64,000 nucleotides of DNA from Eledone cirrhosa (GCA_964016885.1 OZ024754.1:27280001-27344000), one strand, 5' to 3'. Positions 26,690 through 41,713 are shown, counted from the stretch's first letter. Notes: a model not told the origin generated them from the letters alone. Program-made: numbers and translations.

Positions 26690-26950
26690 CACAGTGAAAA
26701 CCATCACTGAAAAATACATCCAAATTTCAGTTATACAATATTCTGGCACTGTGCTCACAAATCTCTAAAATTATCAAATGTTTTAAATTCATTTCACTAT
26801 TTGTTTATCTAGATATTTTTTAAATTAAAGTTTAATAGTTATTTCGGTAAGAGTGTATGTTAATTTGCTTGAGGTGTATAAAAAATGTGAATCAATTTTG
26901 CATTATGCATATTTGAATAGTATTAAATATCAATTAAATTTGCTCTAAAC

Positions 26951-27267
26951 CAGTGGTTCTCAACCTTTTGTGCACCATGCCCCACCTCAACATCTAAACA
27001 ATTGTCATGTCCACCTTTGACATGAAAACAGCAATGATCAACTACAAAGTCTTAACAAATTGGTGTATAAGTGGTGCGAGATACACAATAACAAATGGAG
27101 GAAGTGAGACAGCAGTTTCTGACAGTAATGTGTACCAATATTGCCTTGGTGTAAAAGTAATAAAGTAAAACCTGAGGTTTGTTCTCATTAACATCATTTT
27201 CAAATGGCCCCCTTAAATATTCAAATTGCCCCCCTGCAGGGTGGGAGCCCCACGTTGGGAATCACTG
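26951..27267. mobile_element. hAT (Charlie-like) MITE with 8-bp TSD
   Basis: TIRs CAGTGGTTCTCAAC / GTTGGGAATCACTG; identical CTCTAAAC at 26943-26950 and 27268-27275. Confidence 0.92.
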
Positions 27268-27307
27268 CTCTAAACATTAAATAGAAAAGATTGTGTGTTG
27301 TCAAATA

Positions 27308-27469
27308 TTACAAAGACACAAATTTACGAAATATGTGGGCGGTACTTGTTAGAACTAGTTTTGGGATTTTATAAATGCTAAGTTTACCAGGTATGCTTGC
27401 TAGAAAGTTTTGAAAACCTTTTAAAGCTTCTATCACTACCGGAATAGTTTGTGTTTTAAGTTGCCACAT
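27308..27469 (-). pseudogene. Dong/R4-clade LINE extreme C-terminus (copy a)
   Basis: MWQLKTQTIPVVIEAL..KGFQNFLASIPGKLSIYKIPKLVLTSTAHIFRKFVSL*, typical end of the restriction-like endonuclease (RLE) domain. Confidence 0.75.
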
Positions 27470-27814
27470 TATTATTATTATTATTAATTTTTGCGTCTCA
27501 GTTATTGATGTTATTTAACTGGAAAGTTTGTTGAAATGAATATCAAGCCACTACCTGCAGCCTCAGATATTTAGGACGTATCGGAGGGTTGTTGCTGTTC
27601 CCAGCAAGCATGCCTTTTGAAGTGTTCCAAAAAGCGGGGCTGGACTAATCTTCTTTAACCATCCTTGAAACTCTTTGAGATAGTACCTAGTGCTCCTATG
27701 ACAATCGGGACAACCTTGATCTCATGACAGTCCCAAATCCTTTTTAACTCCCACTTTAAATCCTGGTATCGTTTAATTTTCTCCTCCTTTTCTTGCACTT
27801 TCGTGTCAAATGGG
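27470..27814 (-). pseudogene. Dong/R4-clade LINE RLE domain + 3' UTR + (TAA)n tail (copy b)
   Basis: PFDTKVQEKEEKIKRYQDLKWELKRIWDCHEIKVVPIVIGALGTISK, frameshift, FGTLQKACLLGTATTLRYVLNI*; (TAA)n at 27469-27487. Confidence 0.85.
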
Positions 27815-28135
27815 TCGATAAAATAAAGTGCCAGCAACGGACTGGGATCGATATAATCGACCCCCCCCCCTCCCCTCAAGAAATTGCTGGCCATGTGTCT
27901 AAATCTGAAACCTTTATTATTATTATTACTAGGATGGTGAATTTGTAGATCCGTTAGAGCGTCGGACAACATACCGTTGCGCCATTTAATTATGGTGCTT
28001 TACGTACTGAGGTCAACTTTGCCTCTCATTCTTTCGAGGTCAATAAAATAAATTACCAGTCAAGTACTGGGATCAATATAATCAGCTTTCACCTTCCTGT
28101 AAGTTGTTGACCTTGTGCCTAAATTAGAAAGCATC
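27812..28135 (+). mobile_element. Two degenerate SINE copies
   Basis: GGGTCGATAAAATAAAGTGCCAG...; GAGGTCAACTTTGCCTCTCATTCTTTCGAGGTCAATAAAAT. Confidence 0.7.
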
Positions 28136-28505
28136 ATTTGATTTCAGTTCCCACTAAATTCTATTCTCTTGGTTTTATACTTTCGAGACCGATAATAAAA
28201 TTGGTAAAGCTAATTTTTGTTTTATCAACTTTACTCAAGTGGTATTGAATGAATGCCTAATTTAAATAAATTATCATGATGGGGATCATTAAAATAGTCA
28301 TAAAGATTAACGTATTGACTCCATGAAATGATCTGACAAGGTGTGGGCTGTTCTTTTAAAAATAACAACACGTTCCCATTTGATACTTTCAATACCATTG
28401 TCTCAAATCTCGACTACTCTTTCGGATGTGGTCTTTATATATTACAACTGGATAATGGCGATAAAAATAAAGATTGGAAAGTCGAAGCTGAAACAAATAC
28501 CTTGG

Positions 28506-28875
28506 TAATAATTGTTTTTACTTTAGGCACAGGGCCAGCAATTACCCAGTGCATTACTGGTACTTTATTTTATCGACCCCCGTAAGGATGAAAGGCAAAG
28601 TCAACCTCGGCGGGATTTGAACTCAGATCGTAAAGGGACGTAACTATGCTGGAAAGCATGGCGTCCGACCCTCCACCGATACTGCCAATAATGATTTCTG
28701 ATTTAGGTACAAAAGGCCAGCAATTTTGGAGGAGAGGAAAGTCGATTAAATCGACCTCAATATGTTACTAGTACTTTATTTTATCGAACTTGTAAGTATG
28801 AAAGGCAAAGCAAACCTCGGCGGGATTTGAAATCAGAACGTAAAGAGCCGTAACTCTATGTCTCGTAGCATGGTA
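28506..28875 (-). mobile_element. Two tandem SINE copies (short and long subfamily)
   Basis: 28506-28688 and 28690-28875; the second has the extra TTTTGGAGGAGAGGAAAGTCGATTAAATCGACC segment. Confidence 0.8.
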
Positions 28876-29401
28876 CTAATGCACAAAGACCAGATTGGAC
28901 CTGGGACTAATTATCGTCATCATCAATAACAACATGTCAAGTAAGGATGATTAATACAATGTCAGTGTCGTTTGGATTTGTTTTTCTTCAAAATTAAAAT
29001 TGAATTCTTCAGAAAATGAACTCCTTAAACATTCTCACCACCATTTCTCACTTTTGATTTATGTTACCCTAGTGTCTCGGAATGAGACAACGGTAAACTG
29101 CAGAAGTAAAATGGCTTGCGCTATTTATCTCTAATTTCATTTGTTCCAGTCGAACCACTAAGCTATGAGACATATACACTGATATAAATACAGATATAGA
29201 CACAAACGTAAACACAAATACACATATATACATACATACGTACATACATACATGAGGTTATAGTGTGTGAGTTCAGTATTTTCATTGGCAAGATAAGTAA
29301 AGCTCAATGTCTCTTTTACCCTTCATTCTGTGGGAGCGAATAGTTATAGCAGCAGAACATTTACAATTCAACATTCAGTATGACTAGATTTCGAATCTTA
29401 T

Positions 29402-29438
<37 letters not shown>

Positions 29439-29488
29439 TATATATATATATATATATGCTATATATATATATGCTATATATATATATA

Positions 29489-30118
29489 GAGTGAATGTTG
29501 AGAAGCCAGAGGGGATCACTAATTCTAGGTGGGAAGCCGCTGGAATTGGTTGAGGACTTCCTGTATTTGGGAGCAAAGATTGGGAATACGGAAGATGATG
29601 TGGTTGAGAGGAAGAGCAAGGCCTGGGCGGCGTGCCACAGCTTGAGATCGGTGTGGAAGTCGGACCTTCGTAGAGACCTGAAAATCCGCCTCTTTATTGC
29701 TGTAGTAGAGTCTGTGCTGCTGTATGGGTCTGAGACTTGGACACTGACCAAGAAACTCACTCAGATGGTGGATGGGTGCTACACGAGAATGCTGAGGATG
29801 GCTCTGAACATTAATCAGTATACACTGAGGATGAAAAACTCAGAGCTGTATGGGAGCATCCCAAAAGTCAGCTCAAAAGTGACACAGAGGAGACTGAGGT
29901 TGGCTGGACATGCTCACCGACATCCAGAGTTGACATTGCACTCAGTGCTCCTTTGGGATCCCCTACATGGACACACTAGAAGAGGAAGACCAAGGTTAAC
30001 ATATGTTGATGCCCTAAGGACAGACACTGGTCTGTTGGAGATGCAGGATATGACAGCGATAATGAGGGACAGAGACCGCTGGAGAGAACTCGTCCATGGA
30101 TCTCGGGAATTTTACCCG

Positions 30119-30123
<5 letters not shown>
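29489..30123 (+). pseudogene. RTE-clade LINE, 5'-truncated; open frame covering RT thumb and C-terminus; between (TA)n tracts
   Basis: LELVEDFLYLG, AW...LRSVWKS, LKIRLF.AVVESVLLYGSETWTL, DGCYTRMLR, RRLRLAGH, RRGRPRLTY, DRDRW. Confidence 0.92.
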
Positions 30124-30149
<26 letters not shown>

Positions 30150-30152
<3 letters not shown>

Positions 30153-30520
30153 GTAGAACACTGGAAGGTAATATCCGTAGTGGTAGAGCACTCAGTCCAT
30201 GGGACGAGTTAGGTAGAAGTGGTACCTCAACAGTTAGTTCACCATACGGTTGTCCTTCCCGTTCCGTATAACCATGTCCATTACGAGCTGAGGATCCGCT
30301 AAGATGAAACAATTGTTCTCGGTATAGAGAACTAACTGTTGTGTAACCACTTCTATATATATATATTTCATTATAATATTTAACTCCGTAATAGCACCAC
30401 CAACTACAAAAACAAAGACGGTTGAACTGCTTTACGTTGAGTACTCTCAATATTATTACATTACGAATGACCATACGGAATAGACCAGCTCTATACAGTG
30501 GTGAACCTCAAACCTGAATA
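30150..30520 (+). mobile_element. pLTR-like element family F copy 1 with HHR at 30284-30321
   Basis: CGAG-CTGAGGA-TCCGCTAAGAT-GAAAC-AATT-GTT^CTCG; enclosing IR AGAAGTGG..CAACAGTTAGTTC / GAACTAACTGTTG..CCACTTCT; tail related to 32111-32232. Confidence 0.7.
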
Positions 30521-30640
30521 AATATATATATATATTTATTTATTTATATTCATATATACATCGGGAATTTGAAGAACAAATAGGCATAAATTTGTCTATT
30601 ATTTCCTCGTATTTTTAATTATATATATATATATATATAT

Positions 30641-30991
30641 ATTGGTAAACGGAATAGAAAATGCTGACAAATTGTTCACAGTTGAAAAATGGTTTAATTA
30701 GGATTAAAAGAGTATTAGTGATTGTATGGGTTAGTATTCAGTTGTGGTTTTAAGTTTTTAAGTTTTTACCGGTTGCGCATTTCTAAATGCTTTATTTTTG
30801 AAAAGCATTTAGAAATGCGCAACCGGTAAAAACTTAAAAACTTAAAACCACAACTGAATACTAACCCATACAATCACTAATACTCTTTTATTCCTAATTA
30901 AACCATTTTTCAACTGTGAACAATTTGTCAGCATTTTCTATTCCGTTTACCAATATATAATAACTTGTGTGTTACACCTCTATTCTTTTAA
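30641..30991 (+). mobile_element. Fold-back family B copy 2
   Basis: Arms 30641-30792 / 30802-30954; tail TAACTTGTGTGTTACACCTCTATTCTTTTAA; in (TA)n. Confidence 0.9.
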
Positions 30992-31073
30992 CTATATATA
31001 TATATATATATAAGTATATATATATATATATAAGTATATATATATATATAAGTATATATATATATATATATAA

Positions 31074-31112
<39 letters not shown>

Positions 31113-31134
31113 TATATATATATATATATATATA

Positions 31135-31171
<37 letters not shown>

Positions 31172-31264
31172 GTATATATATATATGTATATATATATGTA
31201 TATATATGTATATATATATATGTATATATATATGTATATATATATATATGTATATATATATTTG

Positions 31265-31313
<49 letters not shown>

Positions 31314-31314
31314 G

Positions 31315-31503
31315 TAGGAGGTGAGTTTTATTGTAGTACAATAAAGCAATGCAGATATCGGATAAGAAGCACTCTACAGTTTGTAGGACTGGAGTATACA
31401 TAATATATAAGATCAAAAGATGGTTAAAGGAGTTCCATGTATTTGAAATGCGCATAATAAAATACATGGAACTCCTTTAACCATCTTTTGATCTTATATA
31501 TTA
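31315..31503 (-). mobile_element. Short fold-back element; arms 31400-31444 / 31459-31503, tail on the left
   Basis: ATAAGATCAAAAGATGGTTAAAGGAGTTCCATGTATTT mirrored; spacer GAAATGCGCATA is an HHR 3' half. Confidence 0.75.
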
Positions 31504-31697
31504 TATATGTATATATATATATATATGTATATATATGTATATATGTTTGTATATATATGTTTGTTTACCCTAGCGTCCCCTTTATTTACGTGTCCCAACG
31601 ACTTATTTTAGCCGTGCTCGTACCAATATGAGGTATATGGCCTTTAATGCGACGAAATGCCTACGACGGTTGGAAGGCCACTGATGAGGACAAACTT

Positions 31698-32300
<603 letters not shown>

Positions 32301-32992
32301 AGGGCTTTTACTAAATTTGACCCGGAAGCCATAGTCAACCCGAAGCTATAGAAGACACTTGATGAACGTGCTGCGAAGCTGGATTGAAATCAGAACTTTG
32401 TGTTTAAGAAGTTAACATCTTAACCTCAAAGACATATCTGTTATTTATGATGTGGTGTTATGTTTGGGGCATTGAATGGCTTGACATGACCTTCATGCCT
32501 GCGCAGTGGTATTTTAAGGTGGGGGTGCAGTGTACGAGTAGCTGGCTCCAATCTTTACACCTGGGGGGGGGGGGGGATCGTCTGTCGTGGCCAGGCAAGC
32601 CGGAACTGTGACAGCGATGTCCACAAGTCGTAGGTTTTCCTTTGGAGTGTCCTTCTCTTACGTAGTTGCCAACCAAAGCTAAGGAGTCTATTATATAAAT
32701 GATGTTTGTTTGACAATCTTCCAGTTGAAGACTTCCTACCTATTTCTACACAGTATTTACTTTTCACCACCACCTTTTCTTCCCCTGGTTACATTGTAAA
32801 TTTCATCACACTTTCTTCTCACCTATCCTTGTGTCGTTCCTCACTCACATCTACCTGAGTTGTGACATTTTTAAACGTTCATTGCTTGCCTTTTACATTC
32901 TGAGTTCAAATCTCACTGATGTTACTTTCGCCTTTCACGTTTCTCAGATCGATAAAATATAGTGACCAGGGGTGAAATAATCGACTTGCTTT

Positions 32993-33525
<533 letters not shown>

Positions 33526-33657
33526 ATACAGTAATTGTAGTAGATATAATACTGTAGTTGTGTTGCTGTTAATGCTGCTGCTGCTGCCGCTGCTGTTATA
33601 AACTATTTCAACTATTTAGAATGACGACCAAATACTTACATCACTAAAATTATCATT

Positions 33658-34445
33658 ATCGTCGTCGTCGTCTACCTCGCCCTCATCGTTGTCGTCTACC
33701 TCGCCCTCATCGTTGTCGTCTACCTCGCCCTCATCCACTACATCGTCGTCGTCTACCTCGCCCTCATCGTCGTCGTCTACCTCGTCCTCATCGTCGTCGT
33801 CTACCTCGCCCTCATCGTCGTCGTCTACCTCGCCCTCATCGTCGTCGTCTACCTCGCCCTCATCGTTGTCGTCTACCTCGCCCTCATCCACTACATCGTC
33901 GTCGTCTACCTCGCCCTCATCGTCGTCGTCTACCTCGCCCTCATCCACTACATCGTCGTCGTCTACCTCGCCCTCATCCACTACATCGTCGTCGTCTACC
34001 TCGCCCTCATCCACTACATCGTCGTCGTCTACCTCGCCCTCATCGTCGTCGTCTACCTCGCCCTCATCGTCGTCGTCTACCTCGCCCTCATCGTTGTCGT
34101 CTACCTCGCCCTCATCCACTACATCGTCGTCGTCTACCTCGCCCTCATCGTCGTCGTCTACCTCGCCCTCATCGTCGTCGTCTACCTCGCCCTCATCCAC
34201 TACATCGTCGTCGTCTACCTCGCCCTCATCCACTACATCGTCGTCGTCTACCTCGCCCTCATCGTCGTCGTCTACCTCGCCCTCATCGTCGTCGTCTACC
34301 TCGCCCTCATCCACTACATCGTCGTCGTCTACCTCGCCCTCATCGTCGTCGTCTACCTCGCCCTCATCGTCGTCGTCTACCTCGCCCTCATCGTCGTCGT
34401 CTACCTCGCCCTCATCGTCGTCGTCTACCTCGTCCTCATCCACTT
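33658..34445. repeat. Minisatellite of 24-bp and 33-bp units (TCGTCGTCGTCTACCTCGCCCTCA +/- TCCACTACA)
   Basis: ~29 highly homogeneous, CpG-rich units. Confidence 0.92.
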
Positions 34446-34585
34446 CATCGACATCGTCGTTGTCATCGCCGTTGTCATCGCAATCATCGTTATCATCGTT
34501 ATGATAACAATAGAACTACACAGTCACCGCTACTGTCATTGCTGCAACTACAACACGCCGCCGCCATTGTCATCATCACCACCTT

Positions 34586-34616
<31 letters not shown>

Positions 34617-34699
34617 GATGTAACCATTACCCTCGTCACTATCGTAGTAAACATCAGTGGAACATGTAACAACATAAATGTATAATAGGGTGTAAGGTG

Positions 34700-35727
34700 A
34701 CAACAACAACAACGACAACTACCACAGCTACCACTATTACTACAACTACCACTACTACTATCACCACCACCACCACCACTACCAGAACTACCACTACTAC
34801 TACAACTACCACTACTACTATCACCACCACCACCACCACTACCACAGCTACCACTATTACTACAACTACCACTACTACTATCACCACCACCACCACCACT
34901 ACCAGAACTACCACTATTACTACAACTACCACTACTACTATCACCACCACCACCACCACCACTACCAGAACTACCACTACTACTACAACTACCACTACTA
35001 CTATCACCACCACCACCACCACTACCACAGCTACCACTATTACTACAACTACCACTACTACTATCACCACCACCACCACCACTACCAGAACTACCACTAT
35101 TACTACAACTACCACTACTACTATCACCACCACCACCACCACTACCACAACTACCACTATTACTACAACTACCACTACTACTATCACCACCACCACCACC
35201 ACTACCAGAACTACCACTACTACTACAACTACCACTACTACTATCACCACCACCACCACCGCTACCACAGCTACCACTATTACTACAACTACCACTACTA
35301 CTATCACCACCACCACCACCACTACCACAACTACCACTACTACTACAACTACCACTACTACTATCACCACCACCACCACCACTACCACAACTACCACTAT
35401 TACTACAACTACCACTACTACTATCACCACCACCACCACCACTACCACAACTACCACTATTACTACAACTACCACTACTACTATCACCACCACCACCACC
35501 ACTACCACAGCTACCACTATTACTACAACTACCACTACTACTATCACCACCACCACCACCACCACTACCACAACTACCACTATTACTACAACTACCACTA
35601 CTACTATCACCACCACCACCACCACTACCACAACTACCACTACTACTACAACTACGACTACTACTACTACCACCACTACTACTATTACTACTACTGCAAC
35701 TACGCTTACAACAACAACTACTACTAC

Positions 35728-35772
<45 letters not shown>

Positions 35773-35821
35773 TACTACTATTACTACTACTGGAACTACG
35801 CCTACAACAACAACAACAACA

Positions 35822-35864
<43 letters not shown>

Positions 35865-35946
35865 TGACTACTACTATTACCACCACTACTACTATTACTA
35901 CTACTGGAACTACGCCTACAACTACAACAACAACTACTACTACTAT

Positions 35947-36006
<60 letters not shown>

Positions 36007-36087
36007 ACTACTACTATGACTACTACTACTACTACTACCACTACTATTATTACTACTACTGCAACTACGCCTACAACAACAACAACA

Positions 36088-36123
<36 letters not shown>

Positions 36124-36296
36124 GCTGCTGCTCCTGCTGCTGCTGCTACTAATACCACTAATAATGCTGTTGCTACTACTACTACTATGACGACCACCAC
36201 CACCTCCACTAACGTCACTACCAGAACCACTAGCAACTTAGCCACAACAACCACCACCACCAGCACCACAACAACACCACCACCACCACAACCACC

Positions 36297-36327
<31 letters not shown>

Positions 36328-36540
36328 CAACAACCACCACCACAACAACACCACCACCACCACCACCACCACAAGAACTATCAACACCTTCATCAGCACC
36401 ACCCCACTACCACAACAACACCAACACCACCACCACCACCACCGCCACCACCACCAACAACAGCAACAATAGCAGCAATACCGTCACCAATAGTAACAAC
36501 AACGGCAGCTGCAATCATAACAACAACAACAACAACACCT
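34700..36540. repeat. ACC/ACT-based ~60-bp minisatellite grading into simple triplet arrays
   Basis: Unit ACCACTATTACTACAACTACCACTACTACTATCACCACCACCACCACCACTACCACAGCT repeated ~15 times to ~35640. Confidence 0.9.
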
Positions 36541-36908
36541 GCAAGAGTAACAGCTAGTCATTACAACAACAATATGATAATTCATAATTTGTTGACAACT
36601 TGCTATTGTTGTAGTTGTTGCTGTTGCTGTTGTTGTTGTAGCTGTTGTGGATGGTTTTGTAGTAGTGGTCTTGTCGATGGTGTTGCTAGTGTTACTGTTG
36701 TAGTTGCTGTTGTTAGGTTGGCGGTGTTGTTGTAGATGTTGTTGTTGTGGTTGTTGTTGTAGTTGTCGTTGTTGTTGTTGTAGCCGTTGTTATATAGGTA
36801 AAGTAGCAACACCTGGAAGTCTGCCTGGTTTCTGTAACAGGTATTGGCATTTAACATTAACATACTATAGCAGAAGAGAATAAATATAACATGATTATAT
36901 AAAAAAAA

Positions 36909-36954
<46 letters not shown>

Positions 36955-37010
36955 TACATTCATTTGTATATATACATACACACAAGTGTATATATGTGTA
37001 TATATATATA

Positions 37011-37204
37011 TAGGAACAAGTATGACTCCGACGGCAGAGCTCAAGCCGTTTAGACGGCTATTTCTGGACTGAAATAGCCGCCTAAACGGCTTGAGCTCTG
37101 CCGTCGGGGTCATACTTTTTCCCTTTTTCCCACTCTTGTATCCTAAGTATTGAGTACTCTGGTGCGCTATGGTCCATCTGGTTCCTTACCACAATTCCTC
37201 TTTG

Positions 37205-37207
<3 letters not shown>
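37011..37207 (+). mobile_element. Fold-back family A copy 8
   Basis: Hairpin + tail in (TA)n; both arms carry TAAAC where other copies have GAAAC. Confidence 0.85.
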
Positions 37208-37286
<79 letters not shown>

Positions 37287-37773
37287 GTATGTATATGTAT
37301 GTATATGTATGTATATGTATGTATGTATATATATATATATGTATGTATATATATATGTATGTATATATATATATGGTAATAGGATAGTAATTAATGACTA
37401 TCTCTCACTATTTAGGGTTTGTGTATATATAATATATTACCATTAAAGGTTTTATTACATACATAACCATAAATAGTACCCTTAATACTATATATATATA
37501 TATATATATATAAGAGGAAAATACACGCAAACTTAAAAGTTGCAACACGAGAAGTATATACGAACAAAATTGCACATATGCAAGCATCAACAAAATCAAT
37601 ATACACACCACCTTATAACAATCAAACACACACAGACACTCTCTCTCTCACACATGCAAGAATGAATAACATCAATATATACACATATACATACACATTA
37701 ATTAGGTTTGCACTGACAGCTACAGTGTGTGCCTGCATATATGTATGTATATATATGTGCATATGTATATGTA

Positions 37774-37832
<59 letters not shown>

Positions 37833-37974
37833 CATGTGTGTGTGAGTGTATAATTTTTATTAAGGAAACCAGTCGCAAATGGCTGACTAAACATACATGT
37901 GCTTGCTCATCCCTATTATTTCCCGCTTCTTCTTCAACTTACTTTCGCCTCTCTAGTTCTTTCATATCTCTTTT

Positions 37975-38015
37975 ATTTTTCTGATGAAGGACTAATGTCC
38001 AAAACGTTACAACTC
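37975..38015 (+). ncRNA. Degenerate HHR-like motif
   Basis: CTGATGA-A-GGAC-TAAT-GTCC-AAAAC-GTT (G12->A); stem I not evident. Confidence 0.4.
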
Positions 38016-38683
38016 ATTCTTGTACTATGTCAACCATTAATGCAATATATATCTTCATTATACTCTGCCGTTGCCATGTATATATGCATGTATGATTGTA
38101 TGAATGTACCTTTGTATATGTGCTCATGTGTATGTGTATATGTGTTCGTGTATATGTGCTCACGTGTACATCAAAGTATGCATGATATGTGAAATGTAGA
38201 GTGATTACCATGTTACCAACTAATGTAACCAGGTGGACACCCTTTCGCACCAACGCCCACACATAATCAGGCATAAAACATGAGAAGTAAAAGTAAAATG
38301 AAGAGTGGAGTATGGCGGCGTGTAACACATTACGTTTCTTTTTCATTCTGGTTATTTTTCCTCTTTTACGAAATCTTTATCAATGGCGACCAAGCTGTTA
38401 TATTTTAGTAGACTAAATATCTTGTCTTATTTAATCATATATTTCATTTATATTTTGTCAATATTGTAAGATTTTCCTCTGATATATGAGGTCGATACTG
38501 GTAAATTTTACCCCCCCCCCCCCACAAACACAAAGACCCCGCTCTCAGCACGGCTTCTCTTCTGTATATGCACATGAGACTATGAAGCAACATTGATCGG
38601 AGGTCTTGCACTCCAGAGAGATAGAACGATCATAGGAATGCACGTGGCAACGTTTCGTTGCTTGATTCATTCTCTTACCGCTA

Positions 38684-38715
<32 letters not shown>

Positions 38716-38740
38716 CGTGGGGTGTGTGTGTGTGCGTGTA

Positions 38741-38781
<41 letters not shown>

Positions 38782-40842
38782 CATCCTACCACCACCACTA
38801 CTACATTTAACCAGCTACGTGATCACTCAGTTTACAAGAAATAGCAACCAAATTTCTCTCAAATTTCTTGTCTTCTTACCGTCTTTAATACAATGGAATA
38901 TACATATGAGATTATTGTTTGTAGACACTCTCTGATAAATATAATAAATAATAAATAAACGAGATGTTCACTTCTGGAACGCTTTTGATCCTGGATCTGA
39001 TCTATCTTGGTTGGTTTTCTACTGAATGAAAGCTAATAACAGTTTCACCTACCGAACAACATTTTATTCTGATATATGTTATATATATATTGAGTACAGT
39101 TAACATCAGTAGAAAATATCCTTTGTGTCAACTGCTGTCTTTTAAGTGAACAGGATCAATAAAATATGTATCAATCAAGTCTCGTGCTTCATTGATTATC
39201 AATCCATTAAATGGAATAGATTTTATACTAACATGTTTAGGTTTTGCTTACGTTATACATCAATATAGAAAATGATCAGAGGTCTATGGGTTGGCAGGTT
39301 ACGGTCAGATACTTTACTTTGTAGTGTCACAGTCCTTTAAATACTGACTAGGTAAACTTTACTGGTCGTCATTTCAGTATAGATAATATATAGAAATAGA
39401 TATGTCATCATCATCATCGGTTATCATATGCTCTAAGCGGGTTGAATCGTTGACCTCACAAGGCATCACAACGCCCTGATGCTAATATTTTTGGGTGACC
39501 TTCATCTTAATTAACAGGTATGATACATAGAACAGACAAAATGCTGTCTCATCATACCTGCAACTGGTTGCAATTTCCCACCTTTAAAATCCCTTTGCTT
39601 TGTTTCTAGATTCAACACCAAGGATCTCCCTCTAAATCTTTTGTTTCCCTTATACATTCACAATATTTTAAGTTTGTCCAATTCTTGATATAAACCCTTC
39701 ACGCCACTCCCCGTTTTCCCTTCTTTTCCTATCCATTTTGCCTTCTATTTACAGTCTCTGTTATTCCTTGGTTCTAAATAAATGTTCAAAATAATTTAGT
39801 CTTCTCTCTTTTGTGGTGTCTAATAAATGGGGGCTTTTAGTTTTTTATTATTCTTATAACTTCGTCTGTGGATGTGGTTTCTGACCGTGATGTGTCAAAA
39901 CATCTTTTATACCAACATCTCAAAGGCTTCTATATAATAATACATATATTAACGTCCATGTTTTATGTCCTGTCCATGATATTCTCAAACGTCTTATATA
40001 TATACATCTTGGAATTTTCTCATTTGTTTCATGATACATATATTAACCTCCGTATTTTGTGATCTCTCAATGTTATACTCAAATGACTTCTATAGATCCA
40101 TATCTCAAATAACTTCTATACGACCACATCTTAAAGGCTTCTGATCTGTTAAATAATTGTTTCTACTTCTGGCACAAGGCCAGCAATTATCCCAGTGTAT
40201 TACTGGTACTTTATTTTATCGATCCTGTAAGGATGAAAGACAAAATTAACCACATACATTAATGTACTTCTTGGTCCTTCTGTTCACGATATTTTCAAAA
40301 TTTTCTATATATCTACATCTCACCCATTTGTGATCTACGTAGTAATACTTTCATTTATGTCTACTCCTTTGCTTCTTATTGAAAAGTCTAGCAAACATAG
40401 AATGTTAATAATAGTTTTCTGGTTTCCATATTAATATTATATCACATATGGTCGATATAATCAACTCCACTCAGCTCACACATTTAAAGACTAACGTGCT
40501 ATAGTAAACACACGGTATCATATAGGTTATTGATTGGAGGAAATGTTAAAATCTCTAACTAGAGTCAAAACATTGAAAATATCAGCTTTCTCGGAGTTGT
40601 ATTTTTCTGGGAAATGACATGATCTGAGACCAATTGTTGAAACTAAAGCAATTACATCGTGAAAAAATTATTTTAGCCCACCAAACACACACACGAAATT
40701 TGTTAATTTAATTTTACACTTGTCATTTATTTCTTAACATCAAAATGTTCGTTTCTTCTGCAAATGACTTGATTTCAGATCATGTATTGAACTAAATCAA
40801 TTGCGTGGTGGAAGAGTCATTTCAGCTATTCAAAAATACAAG

Positions 40843-40916
<74 letters not shown>

Positions 40917-41434
40917 ACAGAAAATACAAAAAGACACAAACTGTTATAATTTCTTTTTATATGCATTTATTTTATATTTCTTTGTGTCATAATTATCGTC
41001 ATTGACACAAAAAAAAATAGATAATAAATAAATAGTAAATTTAATAGAGGGAATTTTAGGGACTGTTATGATTATTCACGATGTAATTGCTGATCACGTG
41101 ATCTATTTATTATATTATGGGGCCATGTTTTGTAGCATTCAAATACAATTATTTACGCTCTGAGTACAAATTTCACTGAGGTCAAATTTGCCATTTATAC
41201 TTCCAATTTTTATAAAATAATGTACCAGTTGAGTACTACGGTCAATATAAGCACCCCACTCCATCGAGTTGCTGACCTTGTGGTTAAATTATATGACTTT
41301 TGGCAGAATCTTTAGTACGATGAACGTCCTCACTCCTAAATTTCTGGCTTTGCGCCTAAATTAGAAATCGTTATCACAGGATCACGGTTCCAGGCCAAGT
41401 ACAAATAGTGTTATGTACTAATTAATCGAACTCC

Positions 41435-41530
41435 TTAACCCTTTGATACCAATCCTCTTAAAGGCACCCTGCTTTTATGATACAAAGCTCTGTCTTAAAG
41501 TGTTTGGATTTATCTAAAATTCTTCCATCA
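41435..41530. mobile_element. TTAA-type (piggyBac-like) MITE end; related end in opposite orientation at ~10550-10606
   Basis: TTAA|CCCTTTGATACCAATCC...ATGATACAAA versus TTTGTATTGT...GGGTTAGTACCAAACGGG|TTAA. Confidence 0.5.
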
Positions 41531-41606
41531 TAATTTTATGTAAGAATCTTTAAGTTAAGATTAATAATTAGAAAGCTAAATCCTTCCAATTCTTTTTCTT
41601 TCAAAG

Positions 41607-41713
41607 TTATTTGAAAAAAATAAGCTCTTTTATTATTTGAAAATAATAAGGTCTGTCTTTATTTGAAAATAATAAGCTCTATCATTATTTGAAAATAATA
41701 AGCCTCTATCATT
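41607..41713. repeat. ~26-bp tandem repeat x4
   Basis: TTATTTGAAAATAATAAGCTCTATCA-like units. Confidence 0.75.

Noticed and set aside
34697-36735. Mucin-like Thr/Pro-rich ORFs (also 47923-49137)
   Set aside because: Several frames and strands are open only because of triplet composition; no signal peptide, splice evidence or unique domain.
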